Assembly (NCBI RefSeq): GCF_006345805.1 | Contig: NC_043004.1 | Coordinates: 54,684,001-54,748,000 of the forward strand | Direction: 5' to 3' | Source: Octopus sinensis | Taxonomy: Eukaryota | DNA length: 64,000 nucleotides | Part shown: positions 56,302-64,000 of the stretch, one piece after another | Position numbering within the stretch: position 1 is the stretch's first letter | Layout of the letters: each line of letters starts with the position of its first letter | The notes under the pieces: model-generated | Database searches by the model: none | Told to the model about the DNA's origin: nothing | What the model saw: only the letters and a program-made list of their open reading frames with translations | Position numbers and translations under genes: made by a program

Positions 56302-57316
56302 GATATATAGATATATATTTATAAAACAAAAATATAAAAAAAAAGAAAGATATATATTTATAATATAAAAATTAATCTATACTTTATAACTTAGCGTACA
56401 TGCGATTATAGCTAATTACGGTGTAATCAGTAACCGTTATGTTGACTATAGAAAAAACCGGTGTTAAATACTGAGGGTACCTAGTGAAATAACATCCGAT
56501 ATCGTGATATATAAATATATGTATCTTTAAAACAAATATTTTATGGAAATATGTGAGTGGATCTATTTTATTATTTTTGAGGCATGGTTGTAATTTCGAG
56601 GGACTTGATGGCTGCATAGTTGGGATTATTCCTCTCTTATTTATTTATCTATGTGCTAGAAGTTGTTTGTGGATATGTATGTGTATAAGTGTATGTGTGT
56701 GTGTATACATATTATTATGTATGTATGTGCGATTGATCTGTGGATGTATGTGTGCGTATGTGCGATTCTTGACTAACTAACCGTAAAATTTCTTTTGTGA
56801 TTCAAATTTCAAACTATAAGCCAATCGAATTAATCTAGAATAATCAATATCAAGCGGACGGAATAACCAAACTCATAGATATGTCGATTTTGGAAGGATG
56901 TACTTGGTGCAGACATAACTGTATCTATTATTATTATTATTATTATTAATAGTAATAGTAATTTTTATTGACTTTTAAAGGTTTATAATTTTATGAACTG
57001 AACTATGGTTTTTTATTACTTTTCAGGTATAGGTCTGATTTTAATTTAAATAGTAGTGCGCATATATTTTCCTATGTGTTAGTTTTTAGAACTATTAGCC
57101 AAATATGTAAAATAACTGTGCTATTATATTAATATATATACTGATATATATTTTGTTTATTTTTTTTTGTTTTGTTTATCTGCATTATTGTATCAATGAG
57201 TATATATATGTGTGTAGTGTAGCAATATGGAGTTTATGCACAAGTTTTTATATTTTACATTTTTATATTTATATGTATATGGATAAAAATTTTTTTCACA
57301 ATTATATAAATTAAAT

Positions 57317-57427
57317 TCTCTGAAGAGGCCGTGGGGCATCCTTGTTAATGTCTCATTTATACCTGCCTTTATGGGCTTATAGGTTAAATGAGGCATGATT
57401 GCCCTTACTGCCGAAACAGCTGTCAGA
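57317..57427 (+). ncRNA. Type I hammerhead ribozyme motif with a long stem II (PLE-type)
   Basis: TCT-CTGAAGA-GGC[long hairpin]GCC-GAAAC-AGCT-GTC/AGA: intact core, palindromic stem III ACAGCTGT, 3-bp stem I. Predicted cleavage after 57424. Confidence 0.7.
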
Positions 57428-58542
57428 TATGATATAATTACATATTATATTTTATATTTTATATTCTATTTCCTTGTCTATTTATATTTAACAATATATT
57501 TTGTATAATGCATTTACTGTTATGTAATGGGTAATAAAGTATGATTGGTATCATCTGATGGTTGAGTTTTATTGATTTAAGTATGTTTCTCATTTTCTAA
57601 TTTTGTAGTATTAATTTACGGTAATATTTTTACCTTTGCCCATATAATACAGTAGATGAACTAATTGCTTGGCAATTTTTAACATCTATGTATTAGTCTT
57701 GTTGGGTACCTCTCTAGCAGTATATTGGATATATGTTATCCCATGGTGGGTTGAATTTTCAACCCCTATCTCATTTTATAACCTATATATATATATATAT
57801 ATATATATTAAAAGAAAAGTGGTGGGGGTTGACGTGCAGGTGTACTTGTAAACATTAACCGATTTGGCTGGTATTTCTAACACGTCCTGCTACCACTGAA
57901 CAGTTATTTACGAATAGCTGTTACTTGGTAGCAGCGCGTGCTACACTAACCCTTACCAGTGTGCGCAGTAAAAAATCTGATTAAAAACAATCAAGAATTT
58001 TCAAACGCTGTGGTGGGGCCCTTCATATCATTAATAATATCTGATACAAGTTACCGCCCCTTGTATCGTCCGACATGTTTGTTTATATTCGCGAGTTTTC
58101 CGTGTTTTATTTAAAAATAGATGAATCTTCGTAATTTTTTGCCTACTTCATTTATTTTGGATATATTTCTCGTTTTCATAATTTTTGTTTTAGAAATTTG
58201 GCGTCATTTACTAGGAGAGGTGCGCTTCTAAAGAAGCGCCGAAAGTTGTACGCTTACTTTTGCACATACGTAGTGGGTTTAGATGCTACGCGAATTGAGA
58301 GTAGTCTATTTATGTTGGAGGAGCGGAATTTCGAAGAAAAAATTATAATAAAACGCTTCTTAAGTCAAAGTGAACACACATGTCAAATTTGGCGAAATTC
58401 GGTTGAAAATTGTAAGAATAAAAGTGGTTCACACAACACACAGACAGACAACTTGCCTTTTAATATATATGTATGTATGTATATATGTATTTATGTATGT
58501 ATGTATGTATGTATGTATGTGTATGTATGTATGTATGTGTGC

Positions 58543-58575
<33 letters not shown>

Positions 58576-59849
58576 TGTATGTTTGTATGTATGTATGTAT
58601 GTATAGGGAGAACTATAGTGAAAGTAATGGAGTAAATTATGAATATCGACAATAGTGAACAGGAAAATATTTCAGTGGCAATTTTGTATTACAAATACAA
58701 ATACGAGACAAACCCGATTATGTAATGCGCAGATCTGCTGAGTTGAAAAAGAAAATTTACGATTGACTAGGGTTATTCATGCGAGTAGTAAACAAAATAT
58801 TTCTTTATTGGAATTTTAAAATCTTGAAACAAATTGCAAGCGAGATAACTCCAATAAAAATCCATTAACTGAAATTCTATATTTAATGATTGATTTTATT
58901 GAGCACTTATAATCTCGCCATCACAGTAGAGTATGCTTCTCTGAAGACGTTTAAAAATAGCGAAACAAGTTTTTTTAACGAGTTGTTGTCTAAAATATTT
59001 AATTTCCTTTATTTTCTTTAAAGTTTCACTTGACTGATTTTAATGAAGTTGTGTATCTTCGTTGTTTATCATTTTACATTTATATACTTCTAGAGAGAGC
59101 TTTTAGTACTAATTACATGAATAATTTGTCCATATTTGTCACGACTATATTTGCACTTAATATGCAGAAAGTTTTTCTGAGGTACTTCACCTTCTGCTAT
59201 TATTGTCTGACCTACAAATTTAATGTATGTGAAGTGTGACTATTTAAAGAAATTATGTGATAAAGACTATTACGTTTTTGTATAACATATCGGAGATATC
59301 ATACCATACGAGATACGTCTCAATTCTCTGTTCTGTTTTGTTTTTAATGGTCCAGTCAGTGGAGGAAGATCACCAGCCTTTACAATTTTCACTGTCAATT
59401 AAACTGGTGGGACAGAGGTAGGGAGGAAGTTATCTCCAGACAGGAAAAATATCCAAGCACTTGGTGGTCGTATCAAACAGGATGGATTAGATTTGCCATC
59501 GTCACTTATGTGATGTAGAGATATGTCATAATATTGTATAAATTTGTTATGCACATCTTAACTGCCGTATGCTGTTAGATCATGTATGACACATAATCCT
59601 GTACAGACATATCATAACATACATATTGCTTACACAACTCTTTAATACATATATGCCAAGCATTAAATATTGTATTTATCGACAAGAAATGATGGAAGGA
59701 AAATTCGAACACGGTGAAATTTGAACTCCGATCACAGGAACGACTAATATAAAGCAATTTATCCGACGTTCTAAAAACTCAAATAATTGACCGCCGATTT
59801 AATTACCTGATTCATATTTTGACTGTCTTTAATCATAGGTTCCCTCAAG

Positions 59850-60065
59850 GAGACGAGCTGGCAGCATCGTTAGCACATCGGACAAAAAGCTTAGCAACAT
59901 TTCTTCCGGCTCATTACGTTCTGGGTTAAAATTCCGTCATGACCGATTTTGCCTTTCATACTTCGGGGTCGATAAAATAAGTACCAGTTGAGCACTAGGA
60001 CCAATGTAATCGACCATAACACTCTCTCAAAATTTCACACCTTATGTTTTTAGGAGAAAGAATTA
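59850..60065 (+). mobile_element. SINE family 2
   Basis: GAGCTGGCAGCATCGTTAGCAC..TTTGCCTTTCAT..GGGGTCGATAAAATAAGTACCAGTTGAGCAC. Confidence 0.75.
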
Positions 60066-60695
60066 TGGGTCTGCCACATCAGAATTACTTTGAGGCCAAA
60101 CAGCAAGTAAAAAAAAAAACAGCATTTTGTTCAAAGATGAAATTTCAAATAATCGAATGTCATTCATTTTCAAACCGCACAATTCACAACCTAAAATGAG
60201 AAAACAGAATATATCAATTTAAACAGATGGAGAAACAGAATAAAATTTACTCTAACCATCTCTCTTTAACTCTCTTATTTCGTGATGGATGAAAGGATCT
60301 AGCGGTCAGTTGCATCACTAATATATATAATATATAATGATATGTGTTCTCCATTCTACTCTTTGTCTGTCTGCCATAGAAATATTTTCAATTTTGTTTA
60401 CTATGTTATTGTCAATATCAAAGAGGAAAATGTGCGACATAAAATGCGAGGAAATTTAATAGCAGTGAAACGCTTAAGCTGGTTTCATAATACATTTACA
60501 TATATATATATATATATATAGATATATATATATATATATATATAGAGATGAGAGAGAGATAGAGAGATAGAGAGAGATGGATGAGAGTTATTATATATGT
60601 GTGTATATATATATACTTGGATGTATATAGTATACATACTATATATGATGTATATATAATATATATATATTATATATATATATAATATATTATAT

Positions 60696-60730
<35 letters not shown>

Positions 60731-61054
60731 CTTATATATATTATATATATATGTATAATATTATATATCCATATTACGTATTTATACATATATACATATT
60801 ATAAATATATATATGTGTGTATACATATTAAGTATATGTAATATATATATATATATGTCTTCCGTTTTTTCATATTTATTTGCAAGATCTATGAAAGGAC
60901 ATTATGGACAGAAATAGTTATATTTTATACCGAATTATGCTGTCACTATTTTTCGCGTATCTTTTCATTGCTTCATTTTAATATATTACGTCAGTCGTAA
61001 TTTTTTTCATGTGATCGTTTGTTGTTGATAAAAGGAAAGTTACTGTCGGTCATG

Positions 61055-61800
61055 TGATTAGAAATGATGATCATCATCATTATCATCACCATCATCATCA
61101 TCATCATCGTTATCATCGCAGTTATGATGTTGAAGATCATTATGATCACATTCATCAAGAATATTAATGATGATGGTAATGATGAAGGCGATAGTGGTGT
61201 GGTGGCGGCGACGACGACGGCGGTTGGGGAGGAGATTGCAATGATGACAATGATGATGATGATTTTGATGATGATGATGTAAGTGATGAGGATTGGTTGT
61301 AGGGATGATGGTAGTGAGGATGATTATAATAGTAGCGCGGAGGAAGAGGAGAGGAGGAGGTAGAGGAAAGGAGGACAAAAAGGGAGGGAGAATGAGAGGA
61401 GAAGGAGAGGAGGGGAGAAGGAGAAGGAGAGGAGGGGAGAAGGAGAAGGAGAGGAGGGGAGAAGGAGAAGGAGAGGAGGGGAGAAGGAGAAGGAGAGGAT
61501 GGGAGGAGAAGGAGAGGAGGGGAGGAGGAGAAGGAGGAGAAGGAGGAGGAGGGAGGGGAAGGAGGAGGAGAAGGAGGAGGAGGAGGCGGAGAAAAGAGCG
61601 GAAGAAGAAGAAGAAGGAAAGAAGAAGGAAGAAGAAGGAAAAGAAGAAAGAAGAAGAAGAAGAAGAAGAAGAAGAAGAAGAAGAAGAAGAAGAAGAAGAA
61701 GAAAGAGAAGGCGGAAGAGGGGCTGGATGAGGTGCAGCAGCAGGAACAGGTGTGGAAGGAGAGGCAGGAGAAGCAGCCGGTGCAAGAGCAGGTGGTGAAG
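61055..61800. repeat. Compound low-complexity tract: (ATC)n/(GAT)n, purine-rich GGA/GAA repeats
   Basis: Directly visible. Confidence 0.9.
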
Positions 61801-62179
61801 GAAGGTGCTGCAACTTATTATCATGCATGCGTTTCCGTGGTTTTCTAGTTATAGTTCTTGTTTATACAACCACAGTTTTCTTGCTTTTGCCGTTGAGGTT
61901 ATTATTGTCCATATTGTAATTATGATCGTTGCGGGTATTTTCTAGAATGCTCTCATTCTAACAGTTATCATTGTTGTTGTTATTGCAGCTGTTGCTGTAG
62001 TTGTTGTTGTGCTTACTGTTGTTACCTTGATGTTGTCCTAGGTTTGTTGCTCTTGTTGGTGTTGGCGGCTTCAATTATTGTCACTGTTATGAAACGTTGT
62101 CGTTTCATCTTTTTGTTTTTTGTTGGTGACCATCCTTTAGAGGTCCCATTTTTAGAGGGCAGGTTTTGATTTGAGAAAT

Positions 62180-63070
62180 AAGGTGGTATGAAAAAGTTCC
62201 CGGACTAGTTCTGTAGTGCACCAATTGATAGCAGCCCACAGTTGCGGGTGCATTGAGAGCTAGCAGTGGTCTTCATGAGGCAGTGTGCCGAATGAGATCA
62301 CAGTGTTTACTTCGCAAGCTCTGAAATTTGTGTTTTTTTGTGAACACGTGTATGCTGTAGTCTGCGATTTTGACATGGACAAGAAGTTGGAGTAAAGAAC
62401 CAACGTGAACTTTTGGATAAACTTGGAAAGTCCGATACAGAAATATTGAGAATGCTTCTGCAAACGAACGGCGATGAGGCAATAGGTCGTACGCAATGTT
62501 TCGAGTGGCACGGGAGATTCAAAAGCCGAAAAACGTCCCTGGAACAAGATGAGCAATTCGGAAGACCTACCACGGGCATTACCCCCGGAAATGTATCGTA
62601 CATGGAGAATTCTTCCCCCGGGTCAGACCTGCGTCGTTGCGAAGCGTCTGAGGGGGCACATTCTGCGAAAGTGACTGGATCTGTAGAGCGCGAAGAATAG
62701 GCTACGTTACCGAGCTCTTCTCATTCGTGAGTTTCTCGCCAAAAACAACGCGTTATCGCTTCTGCACCCGCCTTATTCGCCAGATTTAGTAGCTGCGGAC
62801 TTCCAGCTCTTCCCGCATAAGGAAAATGCGGTTCAAAGGTCACCGTTTTAACATCGTTGTCGAAATCCAGAGAGAATCGCAGAAGGTCTTCGACTCGCTA
62901 ACGGAAAACGACTTCCAGGCCGGATTCCAAAAGTGGCAGAAATGCTGGGACCGGTGTGAATTGCTGTGCAAGGTGACTGTTCCGAAGGAGATGATGTTAG
63001 AACTTAGGTAAATAAGTTATTTTTTTGTTAAACATAACTAGTCCGGGACCAGTTATGTTTTGTATGACTA
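62180..63070 (+). mobile_element. mariner-type transposon remnant, internally deleted
   Basis: TIR cores TCCCGGACTAGTT (62198-62210) and AACTAGTCCGGGA (~63036-63048). HTH-like LGKSDTEILRML..CFEWHGRFKS..GRP. HPPYSPDLVAADFQLF motif at ~62765. Confidence 0.85.
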
Positions 63071-63417
63071 CGCGAGTGTATATGTGCGTGCGCATGTGCA
63101 TGTGCATGAGCGTGCATATGCATTTGCTCACCGTATACATGCGCACAGATGTGTATGTGCGGGCGTACATGTGGACCCGTGAGTGTGCACGTGTACACAC
63201 ATGCGCACTCACTCATTCAGACTCCAAAGGCCAAAGACTAGCCACACGCTTGAAACTCAGAGTACCAATAATTCTGAATCAAATTGTTTTCATCTCCACA
63301 TGTAATCCAATAAATGTGTTGAGTGCCCTTCTTTCGCTCGTGTATATATATATATAAATTATATATATTACAACACACACACACACACATACTGTATATA
63401 TATATGTATATATATAA

Positions 63418-63481
<64 letters not shown>

Positions 63482-63582
63482 TATAATTAATCAATATAGG
63501 TGGCAAAAATTTTGTAGATTTTTTGCCACCAGCGGCCTAGTGGGAAAAAATTAAATAGTCATAGACCATTTTTAAGTTCAAC

Positions 63583-63671
63583 ATCACAATCAAGGAACGG
63601 CCATAATAGGCCATTTTGGCTGTTATTTCTAGTGGGTGAATGGCCTATTATGGCCGTTCCTTGATTGTGAT
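63583..63671. repeat. Perfect inverted repeat, 33-bp arms, 23-nt spacer, abutting (TA)n
   Basis: ATCACAATCAAGGAACGGCCATAATAGGCCATT / AATGGCCTATTATGGCCGTTCCTTGATTGTGAT. Confidence 0.9.
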
Positions 63672-63682
63672 ATATATATATG

Positions 63683-63759
<77 letters not shown>

Positions 63760-63889
63760 TGTAATATATATGTAAATACATATATAAGTATATATATATG
63801 TATATAAATATATATGTAAATACATATATAAATATAGATATATGTGTGGTGTATATCAATAACAAATATTATTATCATCATTATTTCAA

Positions 63890-64000
63890 ATTTTTGCCAC
63901 AGTGATAAGTCGATTACATCGACCGCCAGTGTTCAACTAGTATTTATTTTAACGACCCCGACAGGATGAAAGGCAAAGTTGACCTCAGCGGAATTTGAAC
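63890..64000 (-). mobile_element. SINE family 2, cut by the window edge
   Basis: GTCGATTACATCGAC..ACCCCGACAGGATGAAAGGCAAAGTTGACCTCAGCGGAATTTGAAC. Confidence 0.75.

Overview
AT-rich, microsatellite-dense eukaryotic non-coding DNA. The tRNA-derived SINEs resemble octopus (coleoid cephalopod) repeats; this is recognition by eye, not a search result. No host protein-coding gene is confidently visible, only one weak candidate exon, and most track ORFs are translated simple repeats. The window is a layered mix of mobile elements. (1) A ~14.6 kb head-to-tail array (29.9-44.6 kb) holds five Tx1-clade LINE copies (APE endonuclease + RT, zinc-knuckle ORF1), each separated by (GATA)n-type repeats. A sixth copy at 3.6-4.0 kb also sits in GATA/GGAT, suggesting a GATA-targeting lineage. 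(2) Several fold-back (inverted-repeat) elements lie next to (TA)n and carry hammerhead-ribozyme motifs of the Penelope-like-element type. One is a perfect ~499-bp palindrome (29318-29816) with an intact hammerhead on each strand. (3) There are also decayed Helitrons, three near-identical non-autonomous Helitrons, Tc1/mariner remnants, a long-TIR element, an R4/Dong-like LINE, RTE fragments, a decayed Penelope-like RT and many SINEs.
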